From Oceanispirochaeta sp. (lineage in GTDB: Bacteria; Spirochaetota; Spirochaetia; DSM-2461), in NCBI GenBank assembly GCA_963663385.2, contig CAXXXD010000003.1, positions 288,001 to 352,000 on the forward strand: 64,000 nucleotides of DNA, given 5' to 3'. The notes below the pieces were generated by a model. It was not told the origin of the DNA. It saw nothing but the letters and a program-made list of their open reading frames with translations, and did not search any database. How positions within the stretch are numbered: the first letter of the stretch is position 1; the number at the start of each line of letters is the position of its first letter. Shown here piece after piece: positions 48,408 to 59,525 of this stretch. A program made the position numbers and the translations under genes.

Positions 48408-49442
48408 CTACTTCACTATCAGTTTTCGACCGCGGGTAACAGTAAGCGATACAACAAGAATGATTATCAAACCTTGAACAGCAGGTTGAATATAGGGATT
48501 AACACCTAAAAGAATCATTGCATTACGAATCAAGGATACTATAACAACACCCACCAATGTCTGAAGAAGTCCTCCTTTTCCCCCAGAGAGAGAAGTTCCT
48601 CCAAGTACAACTGCAGTAATGGCAGTAAATAACATTCCGGTGCCCAGAGTGGCATCGCCCCTATTCAGTCTCATAGCTCCAAAGATTCCTGCGAAACTTG
48701 CACAAAATCCACAAAACATAAAAACCTTTATTTTAACATTTTGAACATTAATTCCTATTGAGGATAAAATGCTTTCATTTTCTCCGATAGCAAATATATA
48801 TTGTCCAAAAGCTGTAAATTTCTGCAAAATAAGACCAATGAGAAAAATTAGAATGGCAATAACTGTTATAAAAGGAAAACCAAGAAAATAACCCTGAACA
48901 ATTCTGTCAAAAGCAGGTTCCATAATTCCCGGAGGTGCTCCACTATAGCTTAAAACAGCCAACCCCAGGGTAATGCTGAACATTCCAAATGTAACCATAA
49001 AAGAAGGAATCCTCAGCTTAACATGAAGCAGCCCGTTTAAAAAACCTATAAAAAGGCCGATGGTAATAACAAAAAAAATAGACCAAAGTCCAAAATTATT
49101 TGAGTTTTTCGTATTAACAACCAAAAGAGCCACAACTGATCCTGCTAGCCCCATAACACCTTCTACCGAGAGATCAATACTACCGATAATAATAACGAAA
49201 GTGAGCCCTGTAGCTAAAACAAGTGGCCCGGCTATCTGATTTAATAATCCTTTGATATTATCCTGGGTAAAAAAACCCTGAATAAAAAAGGACATAATTA
49301 AAAAAATAATGCCTAATGTTATGAGTGGTGCAACATCTATAATTCTGGATTTAATTCGCTCTTTATTAACTTTTTCCGAGAACTCCCTGGCTATTGTCAT
49401 TTCATCAGTTACAGTTTTCTTAAATTTAACTTTTTCTTCCAT
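48408..49442 (-). CDS. Sugar ABC transporter permease (RbsC family)
   Basis: GSIDLSVEG, IPSFMVT, AIGEN, ITAVVLGGTSLSGG.G. Confidence 0.9.
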   Translation of the reverse strand: MEEKVKFKKTVTDEMTIAREFSEKVNKERIKSRIIDVAPLITLGIIFLIMSFFIQGFFTQDNIKGLLNQIAGPLVLATGLTFVIIIGSIDLSVEGVMGLAGSVVALLVVNTKNSNNFGLWSIFFVITIGLFIGFLNGLLHVKLRIPSFMVTFGMFSITLGLAVLSYSGAPPGIMEPAFDRIVQGYFLGFPFITVIAILIFLIGLILQKFTAFGQYIFAIGENESILSSIGINVQNVKIKVFMFCGFCASFAGIFGAMRLNRGDATLGTGMLFTAITAVVLGGTSLSGGKGGLLQTLVGVVIVSLIRNAMILLGVNPYIQPAVQGLIIILVVSLTVTRGRKLIVK

Positions 49443-49486
49443 ATACACCCCCTCTTAAACAGAAGTAAATTAGACAGGTTAAAAAA

Positions 49487-49518
49487 CAAAGTCTGTGACT
49501 GTAAGCACACAGACTTTG
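49487..49518. promoter_or_regulatory. Intercistronic hairpin downstream of the binding-protein gene
   Basis: CAAAGTCTGTG-ACTGTAAGCA-CACAGACTTTG, 11-bp perfect stem. Confidence 0.65.
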
Positions 49519-49534
49519 CCTTATTAAATAAATA

Positions 49535-50668
49535 TTATTTATTAGCGAATTCTTTATGCTGCTCAACAAGTCTGGTAAACGGACCAGCACTGGCAACAGT
49601 CAGATCATCAAAGTTAAAGGTAGGCAAAGCTCCCCCGCCGTAACCAAACATGGAAGCAGGATATTTATCAAGATTATCTTGAGTCAGTACTTCTGAAGAC
49701 ATATTCCAGTAGCGGTTTTCAAGAGCTAAATCTGCTACATTTAATTGGCCAGATTTAGCCTCATAGGCATAAGCAATGGTATAGGCTGCCATTTTAACAC
49801 CGTTCATAAAAGCGGACGCTGTAAGATCGCCATCCTGAATAGCTTTATATGATAATGAACCCCCATCTACACCAACAACTTTTACCTTATTATTCAGCCC
49901 TTTGGCTTTTAAAGCCTGAATAGCAGCAAGAGCCATAGTATCATTGGCACACCAAATGCCATCAATATTATCATACTTTGCAAGCCAGGTTTCTACAATT
50001 TCAAGAGATTTTGGTCCGCTCCAGTCACCAACTTGTCTGTCAACAAGTGTTACACCGGGGAATTCTGCAAGAGCCATATCGAGACCTTTATCACGTTCAT
50101 TAGCTGAATCCTGTCCCAAAACACCCTGAAGGGCAAGAATATTTCCCTTATTGGGAGTGTCAAAACGTTTAAACATCTTCTTGGCAATCTCATACCCCTG
50201 AGGAACACCATTAACAGAGGCAAAACTGACAAAATACTTATATTTGGTAGGATTAAATTCAGGAGGACAATGCCATGTGGCAGACCAGTAACATTCAGCT
50301 TCTTCCAGAATCTCTGCAAGAGGGATCAAATTGGCAGCATTGGCGGGTTCAATGTAAAAGACAATATTGCCTTTACCTTTGGCTGCAATGAGAGCTTTTA
50401 CCCCATTTATCTGTTTTACTTCATCTCCATCATTTGTAAGCAAAGCAAGTTCATAAGAGTCAGCAGGAAGATTGGCTTTAGCAAATACTTCCCCTCCCTT
50501 TGTTAAGGCAGCCCAGAACTCATTATCATAATTTACAAATGTAGTAGCAATGGTAAGTTTTTTACCTTGATCTTCTGTCTGACCATTTGCCAAAACCGGT
50601 GCAGTTACCATTAATATGGATATTCCTGCAAACAGAATACTTTTTAAAGTTTTTGAATTCAATTTCAT
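49535..50668 (-). CDS. Sugar ABC transporter substrate-binding protein (RbsB-like)
   Basis: Signal peptide ...LANGQTE, LQG.LG.DSA.ER..G, IWCANDTMA, VVGVDG. Confidence 0.9.
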   Translation of the reverse strand: MKLNSKTLKSILFAGISILMVTAPVLANGQTEDQGKKLTIATTFVNYDNEFWAALTKGGEVFAKANLPADSYELALLTNDGDEVKQINGVKALIAAKGKGNIVFYIEPANAANLIPLAEILEEAECYWSATWHCPPEFNPTKYKYFVSFASVNGVPQGYEIAKKMFKRFDTPNKGNILALQGVLGQDSANERDKGLDMALAEFPGVTLVDRQVGDWSGPKSLEIVETWLAKYDNIDGIWCANDTMALAAIQALKAKGLNNKVKVVGVDGGSLSYKAIQDGDLTASAFMNGVKMAAYTIAYAYEAKSGQLNVADLALENRYWNMSSEVLTQDNLDKYPASMFGYGGGALPTFNFDDLTVASAGPFTRLVEQHKEFANK

Positions 50669-50870
50669 TAAGAAACTCTCCTTTTTTTATTGAACAATAT
50701 TAAACTGTTAAGATTTTTATCTTCTTATTTATTAAGAAGTTAAACTGGCGAAGAACTACAGTATTCCAAAACTGGATGTAGTTCTAAACAATTCTGATAG
50801 ATACTTATAATATTAAAACCTCCCTCTGTTGAGTTAATGTAAAATACCATATTCAATTTACTTGATTGTA

Positions 50871-50903
50871 AAATATGTTACGCTCGTATATTTGATTTGT
50901 CAA
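50871..50903 (-). promoter_or_regulatory. Sigma70-type promoter overlapped by a palindromic operator candidate
   Basis: Minus strand TTGACA (50903-50898), 17 bp, TAACAT (50880-50875). AAATAT-N11-ATATTT palindrome at 50871-50893. Confidence 0.55.
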
Positions 50904-51227
50904 TACCAATATTTTATTAATGTAAATAAATATGTTGCATATAAAGATAATTGGTAATACAATGGCATTGCCATTTGATCTAGGTAATAACTGAGAATAT
51001 AATATTTATGTCTTTTACTTAGAGAAATGCAGTTTCCGGTTTTTATTATAGTCCTGGATTTTACTTAATATCCTGTTCACAGGGGAATCCAGACTTTTAA
51101 TAATGATCAAATTATTTTAGTTTTAGGAGATATACTCCTTATAGACTTGAGATAGAATGCTGTATATTTAGTACACACAACAAAATCAACTTCTTATTGA
51201 AGTGCACGGGACAGGGAGTCAACAGTT

Positions 51228-52304
51228 ATGCGGTATGACGAAATATATTCTGACTTAATTCAGCAAATAAAAGCAGGAAAATGGAAAAACGGTGATAAAT
51301 TACCAACAGAGAGAGAATTTTCAGAATACTACGGAGTATCCAGGCCTACTATTAGCCGAGTTATGAATCAACTCAGGGATGCAGGTTTACTTCGCCGTGT
51401 AATTGGAGCTGGCACTTATCTTACTGAAAATACTGAACAATCTGAAAGTCATAAAACTTTTGGTCTTTTTGTACCCGGGCTGGGCTTGGGAGAGATATTT
51501 GAACCAATCTGTACCAGAATTGCAGAATTATCAGATGAATACAAATTCAATCTGATATGGGGAAGCATACCCAATGTTCATTCACCGCAAATTGAGGAAA
51601 GACTTAAGCAGACAGCACAAAGGTTTATAGACCATGATGTAGATGGTGTGTTTTTCCAGCCTATAGAAAGGGAATCTGTTCAGGAACCAATAAACCAGCA
51701 AATCATTGATATGTTCACTGACTCCAATATACCAATCATATTAATCGATAGTGATTTTTTAAATTATCCCGAGAGAAGTCCCCATGACCTGATAGGTATT
51801 GATAATGTACAAGCCGGTCTTATATTATGTGAACATTTTCTTTCTAAAAAATCAGAAAGAGTTGATTTTCTATGCCAACCTAATACCGCTGGTACATACC
51901 GACTTAGATTAATAGGTTACAGGGAGGCATTAAACAGAGCCGGAATTTGTCCTGACAGTAATTATGAGCATGAAGGAAATCCCCGTGACAAATCTTTTGT
52001 ACAGGCACTAATAAAAAGCGGTGCAAAAAATATTATATGCGCAAATGATGAAACGGCAGTGCTCTTGATGCTTGAAATTGAAAATTTGGGTCTATCCATT
52101 CCTAGTGATATACGTATTGCTGGTTTTGATAATCTGAAATATGCCAGTATGGCACATGTTCCTCTAACTACAATGAGTCAGCCATGCAGTACAATCGGAG
52201 AAATGGCTGTTAATGCTATGCTCAATAGAATAAAAAATCCTACACACCCACCTTATACAATCATGACATCCGGAAAACTAATAATAAGAGAGTCCACAAA
52301 CTGA
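51228..52304 (+). CDS. GntR-HTH/LacI-sensor transcriptional regulator (AraR-like architecture)
   Basis: GDKLPTERE...YGVSRPT, G.GTY, then IICANDE, DIRIAGFDN, PLTTMSQP, LIIRES. Confidence 0.9.
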   Translation: MRYDEIYSDLIQQIKAGKWKNGDKLPTEREFSEYYGVSRPTISRVMNQLRDAGLLRRVIGAGTYLTENTEQSESHKTFGLFVPGLGLGEIFEPICTRIAELSDEYKFNLIWGSIPNVHSPQIEERLKQTAQRFIDHDVDGVFFQPIERESVQEPINQQIIDMFTDSNIPIILIDSDFLNYPERSPHDLIGIDNVQAGLILCEHFLSKKSERVDFLCQPNTAGTYRLRLIGYREALNRAGICPDSNYEHEGNPRDKSFVQALIKSGAKNIICANDETAVLLMLEIENLGLSIPSDIRIAGFDNLKYASMAHVPLTTMSQPCSTIGEMAVNAMLNRIKNPTHPPYTIMTSGKLIIRESTN

Positions 52305-52833
52305 GAGTTTTTAATAAAATGCAGCTATAGTCCTGTGAAATCTATTAATCATCAATTATTATAGTGATAAATATCTAAGTCCAGCTACATCTGTAACGTA
52401 TCATAACATAGATAAGTAAAGCTATTATTAGAAGAGTTGTTTTTTTATAGGATAAATCACCCTTTATATAGAATTCCCAGTGTGGATTTACAGAAAACCA
52501 TTTGGATATTTCAACAGTTAAATGATTGATAATCTGGCGTCTTAGCCAAAGTAGCGCAATAGGATGTTTTTCTTTGTCTGCATGAACCCGACTACTACTC
52601 ACGTTGGTGATTTTTTTTAATTTACTCGATGGAAATGTCTATTACCGAGAGCTTTTCTCTTCCTGGATATTTTTTTATTTATTCTTTCTCAAAGTCCTTT
52701 ATATATTCCTATTTTTAGAATATTATACCGGAACAATTTATAAGCTATTGTCATAAAGCATTACCATAACAGGTTTTTTCTACACCTCTAATAAAACCAG
52801 ATAATGGAATGACTCATCACGCAAGGAGTGAAA

Positions 52834-53526
52834 ATGGAATACTCTGTAGAAGTAAAAGAAATGTGTCCCATTTCCAGAGGACCCAAGCATGAATCTGCTC
52901 CCATCCCCATGGAAGGGCAGTTCAGAGTTGCAAAAGACGTAAAAGACATCTCCGGATTTACACATGGAGCCGGATGGTGTGCCCCTCAGCAGGGGGTATG
53001 TAAACTTTCTTTGAACATCAAGGAAGGTATTATTGAAGAGTGTCTGATTGAAACAATCGGATGTTCCGGTATGACCCATTCAGCTGCCATGGCATCTGAA
53101 ATCCTGACAGGAAAAACCATTCTGGAAGCCCTTAACACCGACCTGGTTTGTGATGCTATCAATGTGGCTATGCGGGAACTGTTCCTGCAGATTGCCTATG
53201 GTCGTTCTCAGACAGCATTCTCTGAAGGCGGACTGCCCATCGGAGCCGGACTGGAAGATCTTGGAAAGGGGCTTGTTTCCCAGGTAGGTACCACTTATGG
53301 AACCAGGGAAAAAGGTGCCCGTTACCTCAACCTGGCCGAAGGCTATATCACCAAAATCGCTTTGGATAAAAACAATGAAATCATCGGTTACGAATACGTT
53401 AAAACCGGACCCATGATGGATATGATAGCCAAGGGTACTGACGCTAACGAAGCTGTTAAAGCCAATACAAACAGCTACGGTCGTTTCGCCGACGGTGTTA
53501 AATTTGTTAACCCGAGACACGAGTAG
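52834..53526 (+). CDS. IscU/NifU-N-like Fe-S scaffold-type protein
   Basis: GWCAPQQGVCKLSL, ETIGCSGMTHSAAMASEIL.GKTILEA, DLVCDAI. AAGGAG RBS before ATG 52834. Confidence 0.85.
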   Translation: MEYSVEVKEMCPISRGPKHESAPIPMEGQFRVAKDVKDISGFTHGAGWCAPQQGVCKLSLNIKEGIIEECLIETIGCSGMTHSAAMASEILTGKTILEALNTDLVCDAINVAMRELFLQIAYGRSQTAFSEGGLPIGAGLEDLGKGLVSQVGTTYGTREKGARYLNLAEGYITKIALDKNNEIIGYEYVKTGPMMDMIAKGTDANEAVKANTNSYGRFADGVKFVNPRHE

Positions 53527-53543
53527 GGAGGAGCTGAATATTT

Positions 53544-54542
53544 ATGGCACTGTTTGAAAGTTATGAAAGAAGAATTAAACAGATTGAAGTTGTTCTGAAC
53601 GAGAATGGGATTGCGTCTCTTGAAGAAGCCAGGGAAATCTGTAAAGAGAAAGGCTTTGATCCTTATGACATTGTTAAAGAAACTCAGCCTATTGCCTTTG
53701 AAAATGCCTGTTGGGCTTATATCCTCGGTGCGGCAATTGCGATAAAAAGAGGCGTTACCAAAGCCTCCAAAGCGGCCGAAGTACTGGGCGAGGGACTGCA
53801 GGCTTTCTGTATCCCCGGTTCTGTTGCAGATCAGAGAAAAGTAGGTATTGGCCATGGAAACCTGGCAGCCCGTCTGCTCAGTGATGAATCCAGCTGTTTT
53901 GCTTTTCTGGCAGGACATGAATCTTTTGCTGCGGCAGAGGGTGCAATCAAAATCGCCCAGAACGCCAATACCGTAAGAAAAGCTCCCCTGAGAGTAATCC
54001 TGAACGGTCTGGGCAAAGATGCGGCATACCTGATTGCCAGAATCAACGGTTTTAACTATGTGGAAACCAAATACAACTACGAAACAGGTGAACTCTCTGT
54101 TGTAAATGAAACCAGATTCTCCGAAGGAGACAGAGGTTCCATTAACTGCTACGGTGTGGATGATGTTTCCGAAGGTGTTGCTGTTATGCATAAAGAGGGT
54201 GTTGATGTATCCATTACCGGAAACTCAACCAATCCCACAAGATTCCAGCATCCCACTGCCGGTATCTACAAAAAAGAGTGTAACGAGCAGGGGAAAAATT
54301 ACTTTTCCGTTGCCTCCGGTGGAGGAACCGGCAGAACCCTTCATCCCGATAATATGGCCGCCGGTCCCGCCTCTTACGGTATGACCGACACCATGGGAAG
54401 AATGCACTCCAGCGCTCAGTTCGCAGGCTCTTCCTCCGTTCCCGCTCACGTGGAAATGATGGGACTTATCGGTATGGGAAATAACCCCATGGTCGGTGCT
54501 TCCGTTGCTGTGGCGGTAGCTGTTGAAAAAGCAATGGCTTAA
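53544..54542 (+). CDS. GGGtGRT-family protein
   Basis: MALFESYERRI start and literal SVASGGGTGRTLHPDN motif. Confidence 0.93.
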   Translation: MALFESYERRIKQIEVVLNENGIASLEEAREICKEKGFDPYDIVKETQPIAFENACWAYILGAAIAIKRGVTKASKAAEVLGEGLQAFCIPGSVADQRKVGIGHGNLAARLLSDESSCFAFLAGHESFAAAEGAIKIAQNANTVRKAPLRVILNGLGKDAAYLIARINGFNYVETKYNYETGELSVVNETRFSEGDRGSINCYGVDDVSEGVAVMHKEGVDVSITGNSTNPTRFQHPTAGIYKKECNEQGKNYFSVASGGGTGRTLHPDNMAAGPASYGMTDTMGRMHSSAQFAGSSSVPAHVEMMGLIGMGNNPMVGASVAVAVAVEKAMA

Positions 54543-54566
54543 TCCCGGTTAGAAAATCTAATCCTG

Positions 54567-54606
54567 AAAAAGGCGTTTCTCCAAAAGCGGGAATCGCCTT
54601 TTTTTT
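54567..54606 (+). terminator. Intrinsic terminator after the GGGtGRT gene
   Basis: AAAAAGGCG...CGCCTTTTTTTT hairpin with U-tract. Confidence 0.75.
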
Positions 54607-54669
54607 GTATTTGCGGGGAATATCAATTAAATTCTATTATATCTGAAAACAGAAAAGGATTGTTCCCGG

Positions 54670-57600
54670 ATGAAAAAAAAGGTAAACGAATTTGCACCTC
54701 TTACTCTTCTGCTTCTACTGATTATTCCGGGGAATCTCTTTCCCCTTCATCTCTTTTTTGGAGTGGACTTCATCTTCGGGAATATCCCGGTTTTTCTGAT
54801 CGCCTTTATTTATGGTCCTCTATGGGCCCTGTTTGCGGGGATCCTCTCCTCGGGAGTGTCCTATTTCCTCTGGGGTCATCTAATGGTTTCTCCCGTGTTT
54901 ATAAGTGAAGCATTGATGATCGCTCTTTTATTCAAAAAGCGGAAGAAGGGGAATCCCATTGATTATGTTATTGTTTATTGGTTTACCCTGGGGATTCCTG
55001 TCAGTTTCCTTGCCTATAGACTGGGGATGGGGCAGAGTATGACTATATACTTAATGACTGTGTCAAAACAGTTTATTAATTCTGTGTTCAGTGCTTCCAT
55101 CTGCGGACTCCTGTTATACTGTCCTCTTTCTTTTCTGAAACTTCGAAAAGAACATCCATCCCGTCGGCTGGTTCCGGCCTACAATCTTTTCAGTTCTGTT
55201 TTCGTGATTTTTATGGTCAGTACTGTTATATTGATCCTTGTTGTGGAAAACAGGGATTTTGAGAAACGTTCTGTTAACGACGTCAAATCAAGACTCATTA
55301 CAATAAATAACAGCCTGATAACTCATTTAAACAGCTGGAAAGAAAGGAATCAGTTCGTTCACTTTAGAATGTCCTATGAAGTGGGGCAGATTTTAAGCGG
55401 ATCCCATACGGCTGAACTTCAGGGGTTTCTTGAAAAGATACATAGTATTACTCCGGATCATGAGAACCTTTATGTGGGAAACAGGGAAGGGATTGCTATT
55501 GCCTTTTCTCCGAAACTCAGTCTGCAGGGAGAGTTCAACATTGGAAAAGATCTGTCTGACAGGGCTTACTATAAACAGGTTCTGCACAGTCAGGCTCCTG
55601 TTTTTTCTCATTTGCTTATTTCCCGGGACTCTTCAGAACCGATTGTAGGAATAGCTTCTCCCGTTCTGATTGACGGTGACTTTAAGGGATACCTTTTCGG
55701 GGGACTGAAACTGGATGGAATCGAGAGCTCATTGCGGGAATTTCAGAATAGCGGGGAACAAACCCTGACCCTCATTGATCCCGATGGAAAAGTGATTGTT
55801 TCAACCGGTAAATTTAAAACAATGGATCTCTTCCGAACTGAAGAGAAGGGGACGCGCAAGGCCCTTGGTGAAGGAGTGATTCACTGGTTTCCCGAAGATG
55901 CTCCGTCGGCTATGCAGAGTTACAAAGAATCATTCCTTTATTATAAATCGGCGGTACCCGATCTGAACTGGACAATCTATATCGAGGAATCCTTCAAAAA
56001 ACAGGCGGATATTTTCCTGAATATAAGCCTGCGCAATAACCTTATAGCCATCTTGCTTATCCTGATCCTGCTTCCATTAATGAAAATCTCCTTAAGAGGT
56101 TTTCGAAGGATCCTGGAACATCTTATCGAAGTAAGTATGAGGCAGGCAAATGATCCTCTGCCGGACTCGGAATGGCCGAAAACCTCAATTCTGGAACTTC
56201 ATAATCTGATAAAACGGATCAGGAATATTGTGGAGGATCAGAGAACCAGTTCCTACCTTATGCAGGAGCAGAATAATAAATTATCCGGAATGAATGCCGC
56301 TCTTGTAAGAAGTGAAGAGAACCTGCGTATTACAATGGCTTCTATTGGAGACGGTGTTCTTGTGACCGATGCAAAGGGCAAAATTGTAAATCTTAACCCG
56401 GTTGCTTCCAGTTTAAGCGGCTGGTCACTGGAAGATGCCTTACATCACAATATCGAGGATATTCTGAATCTGAAAGAGGAATTTTCAGGTATCACTCCTT
56501 CCGGCTTTCTGGATCGTGTTCTAAACCGCGGGACGTCTCTGGTGTCAGGGAAAGTCTATATTTTGAAGGATCTGGATGGGAATGTCAGAAATATTACTTT
56601 GGGAGCTGAACCGATCCGAATCAGCCAGGAGTCGGAAATCAGAGGTGCTGTTATTGTAATAAGGGATATTTCAGAGAGTCGAAGGTTGGAGGAGCAGCTC
56701 CGTCAGGCTCAGAAAATGGAAGTCATCGGACAGCTGGCCGGCGGAATTGCCCATGATTTTAATAATCTTATGGCGGGTATTATCGGGTTGAATGAGATGA
56801 TATTGTCCGATCTGCCGGAAGACTCTCCCGCTTGTGAATCTTCCCAGGGAATCTCTACTCTTGTAGGTAAGGCGGCCGATCTGACACGCAAACTCCTGGC
56901 TTTCTCAAGAAAAGGGAAAATGACCTCAAAGGTTTTTGATGTTCATGAGGTGATAGATATTACAGTTGATATTCTTGAACGGACTATTAATAAATCCATA
57001 CATATTGAGAAAAATCTGGATGCAAAATCCTTTAATATTGCAGGGGATCCGACTCAGATTCAGAGTGTATTTATGAATATTGCCCTTAATGCGAGAGATG
57101 CCATGCCCGAAGGGGGAACTTTAAGTTTTATTACCGATTTAACCCGGGGGCTTCAAAGTGTGGAAACTTCCACAGGGATCAAGATGATAACCGGACCGCA
57201 TATCTGTATCACTATCCGGGATACGGGTGAAGGTATCGACAAGGAATCCTTTCCGCATATTTTCGAACCTTTTTTTACAACAAAAGGGGTCGGTCAGGGA
57301 TCGGGAATGGGTCTTCCGGCTGTTTTCGGAGCTGTTTCTGAGCACAATGGTATGATTGAAGTAAAGTCGGAAGTCGGGAAAGGTACGACTTTTAATCTTT
57401 ATTTTCCTATAGCCCAATCCAGAAAAATCCTTTATGAGCCGGATGAACTGGCTATTATGAGGGGAGAGGAAACCATCCTGGTGATTGATGATGAAGAAAT
57501 TATACGGAATTCTCTGAGAGCTATTCTTTCCGAGCTCGGATACAATGTGTATATAGCCTCCGGCGGCCTGGACGGATTGGAGATGTACAAAGCCAGGGAG

Positions 57601-57831
57601 AGTGAAATCTCTCTGATCATACTTGATGCTGTAATGGCGGATATGTCCGGCCTTGATGTTCTCAATGCATTGAAAGAGATTGATCCCCTGGTAAGAGTCA
57701 TTATTGCCACCGGGTATTCCAGTGAATCCAGGAGTGACCAGTTCCGGGATGCCGGCGCATTGGATTTTATTCCCAAGCCATTTACAATCGATGATCTTAA
57801 TAACAGGATACGCCGGGTGCTTAACAGTTGA
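54670..57831 (+). CDS. Hybrid sensor histidine kinase/response regulator (multi-TM, Cache, PAS, HisKA, HATPase, REC)
   Basis: DLSDRAYY Cache, SIGDGVLVTD PAS, GQLAGGIAHDFNN, NARDAMP, FEPFFTTK, ILVIDDE...FIPKPF. Confidence 0.93.
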   Translation: MKKKVNEFAPLTLLLLLIIPGNLFPLHLFFGVDFIFGNIPVFLIAFIYGPLWALFAGILSSGVSYFLWGHLMVSPVFISEALMIALLFKKRKKGNPIDYVIVYWFTLGIPVSFLAYRLGMGQSMTIYLMTVSKQFINSVFSASICGLLLYCPLSFLKLRKEHPSRRLVPAYNLFSSVFVIFMVSTVILILVVENRDFEKRSVNDVKSRLITINNSLITHLNSWKERNQFVHFRMSYEVGQILSGSHTAELQGFLEKIHSITPDHENLYVGNREGIAIAFSPKLSLQGEFNIGKDLSDRAYYKQVLHSQAPVFSHLLISRDSSEPIVGIASPVLIDGDFKGYLFGGLKLDGIESSLREFQNSGEQTLTLIDPDGKVIVSTGKFKTMDLFRTEEKGTRKALGEGVIHWFPEDAPSAMQSYKESFLYYKSAVPDLNWTIYIEESFKKQADIFLNISLRNNLIAILLILILLPLMKISLRGFRRILEHLIEVSMRQANDPLPDSEWPKTSILELHNLIKRIRNIVEDQRTSSYLMQEQNNKLSGMNAALVRSEENLRITMASIGDGVLVTDAKGKIVNLNPVASSLSGWSLEDALHHNIEDILNLKEEFSGITPSGFLDRVLNRGTSLVSGKVYILKDLDGNVRNITLGAEPIRISQESEIRGAVIVIRDISESRRLEEQLRQAQKMEVIGQLAGGIAHDFNNLMAGIIGLNEMILSDLPEDSPACESSQGISTLVGKAADLTRKLLAFSRKGKMTSKVFDVHEVIDITVDILERTINKSIHIEKNLDAKSFNIAGDPTQIQSVFMNIALNARDAMPEGGTLSFITDLTRGLQSVETSTGIKMITGPHICITIRDTGEGIDKESFPHIFEPFFTTKGVGQGSGMGLPAVFGAVSEHNGMIEVKSEVGKGTTFNLYFPIAQSRKILYEPDELAIMRGEETILVIDDEEIIRNSLRAILSELGYNVYIASGGLDGLEMYKARESEISLIILDAVMADMSGLDVLNALKEIDPLVRVIIATGYSSESRSDQFRDAGALDFIPKPFTIDDLNNRIRRVLNS

Positions 57832-57840
57832 GATAGGTTG

Positions 57841-57913
57841 TCCTCTGCCGTCAACCCTCTCCCGGTCTCCCCTTGCCCCCCTACTTTGGAGATTGAGTGG
57901 GGCTGGGGAGGGC
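57841..57913. repeat. Degenerate GC-rich REP-like palindrome between convergent genes
   Basis: CCCTCTCCCGGTCTCCCCTT...GGGGCTGGGGAGGG, resembling the units at 9981 and 26209. Confidence 0.45.
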
Positions 57914-57920
57914 GTTTATA

Positions 57921-59525
57921 TTAAATGAGGTTTTCAACGGCTGAACGTTCAATGGCAAGGCCCTTGTGGTAACGTTCAAAGAAAGCCTGGAATCCCTCTG
58001 CATCGGCCGGATCCGGCTTAACAGCTTCTCCCATGCTCTCTTTAAAAACTGTACTGATAAAATCCGGAAAACTGAGATCTTCCCCTTTGTTGACCATGTA
58101 GGAAGCCAGCAGGGCGATTCCCCAGGCGCCGCCTTCTCCGGCTGTTTCCAGTATGGAGATGGGTGTGTTGGTAGCCGCTGCCATGATCCGGCATCCCACT
58201 TCTGCCGCTTTGAAGAACCCCCCATGACCGCGAATCTCATCAACTTCAACGCCCTCTTCCTCAAAGAGAATGTTCAATCCCGTACGCATGGCGCACAGGG
58301 CTGTGAAAAGGTGGGAGCGCATAAAATTCGGCAGGGTAAATTTCCCCTCGGGGGGGCGGACAAACAGGGGTCTTCCTTCCGAAAACCCGGTCATATGCTC
58401 TCCTGAAACGTAACCGATACTCAGCAGGCCGCCGCAGTCGGGATCTGCTTTCAGGGACTGTCCCAGAAGGGTATCATATAATTGGGGAGTGGATACTTCA
58501 AATCCGAGGGCTTTTACCGCTTCTCCCAGCAGATTGATCCAGGCATCATAATCGGAACTGCAGTTATTGGAATGAGCCATGGCAACCAGATGCCCGTCGG
58601 GTGTTGTTACAAGATCAAGTTCATGATGAACCTTTGACAGCTCCTTTTCCAGAACAATCATGGCAAATACGGATGTTCCTGCCGAGACGTTTCCGGTTCT
58701 TACGGCAACACTGTTGGTGGCGACCATCCCGGTACCGGCATCTCCCTCGGGGGGACAGACAGGAATGCCGGCCTGCAGTGTTCCGCTGGGATCAAGCAGT
58801 TTGGCTCCTTCTTCGGTAAGATACCCGGCATTCTGCCCTGCTACCAGAACTTCCGGCAGAATATTTTTCAACTTCCAGTCAAATCCCCTGCTGGAAATCC
58901 TTTTATCAAATTTATCACACATATCGGTGTTGAAGTCGCTTGTTTTAAGATCAATGGGGAACATTCCGGATGCTTCTCCGATTCCCATAACTTTTCTGTC
59001 TGTCAGTTTCCAGTGAACATATCCGGCCAGAGTGCTTAGATAGTCGATATCTTTTACATGATCTTCCCCATTGAGGATGGCCTGATAAAGATGGGCCACA
59101 CTCCACCGCTGGGGTATAGGGTACTGAAAGAGTTCTGCCAGTTCCTTTGAAGCCTGTCCGGTAAAATTGTTCCGCCATGTTCTGAAGGGAACCAGCTGTT
59201 TCTCACTTTTGTCAACAACGATATAGCCGTGCATCATACCGCTGAAACCCAGGGCTTTCAGTTTTGTAATTGTCACGCCATATTCGGACTGAACATTTTT
59301 CACAAGATCCGCATAGCTGGACTGCAGTCCTTCCCAGACCTCATCCAGAGGGTAGGTCCATATGCCGTCTACCTGGGAATTCTCCCAGCCGTGACCTCCC
59401 GAGGCCAGAGGGTTGTTATCAGGACCTATCAATACGGATTTGATTCGGGTGGATCCCATTTCAATTCCAACAACAGCTTCGCCGTTTTTAATAATTGCGG
59501 TGACTTCAGATTTTTCAATACTCAT
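57921..59525 (-). CDS. FGGY pentulose kinase, probable L-ribulokinase (AraB-like)
   Basis: [68 protein letters not shown]. Confidence 0.88.
   Translation of the reverse strand: MSIEKSEVTAIIKNGEAVVGIEMGSTRIKSVLIGPDNNPLASGGHGWENSQVDGIWTYPLDEVWEGLQSSYADLVKNVQSEYGVTITKLKALGFSGMMHGYIVVDKSEKQLVPFRTWRNNFTGQASKELAELFQYPIPQRWSVAHLYQAILNGEDHVKDIDYLSTLAGYVHWKLTDRKVMGIGEASGMFPIDLKTSDFNTDMCDKFDKRISSRGFDWKLKNILPEVLVAGQNAGYLTEEGAKLLDPSGTLQAGIPVCPPEGDAGTGMVATNSVAVRTGNVSAGTSVFAMIVLEKELSKVHHELDLVTTPDGHLVAMAHSNNCSSDYDAWINLLGEAVKALGFEVSTPQLYDTLLGQSLKADPDCGGLLSIGYVSGEHMTGFSEGRPLFVRPPEGKFTLPNFMRSHLFTALCAMRTGLNILFEEEGVEVDEIRGHGGFFKAAEVGCRIMAAATNTPISILETAGEGGAWGIALLASYMVNKGEDLSFPDFISTVFKESMGEAVKPDPADAEGFQAFFERYHKGLAIERSAVENLI

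Noticed and set aside
52375..52602. 75-aa ORF at the island edge as a transposase remnant
   Set aside because: No recognisable motif or RBS; cannot be supported without a search.
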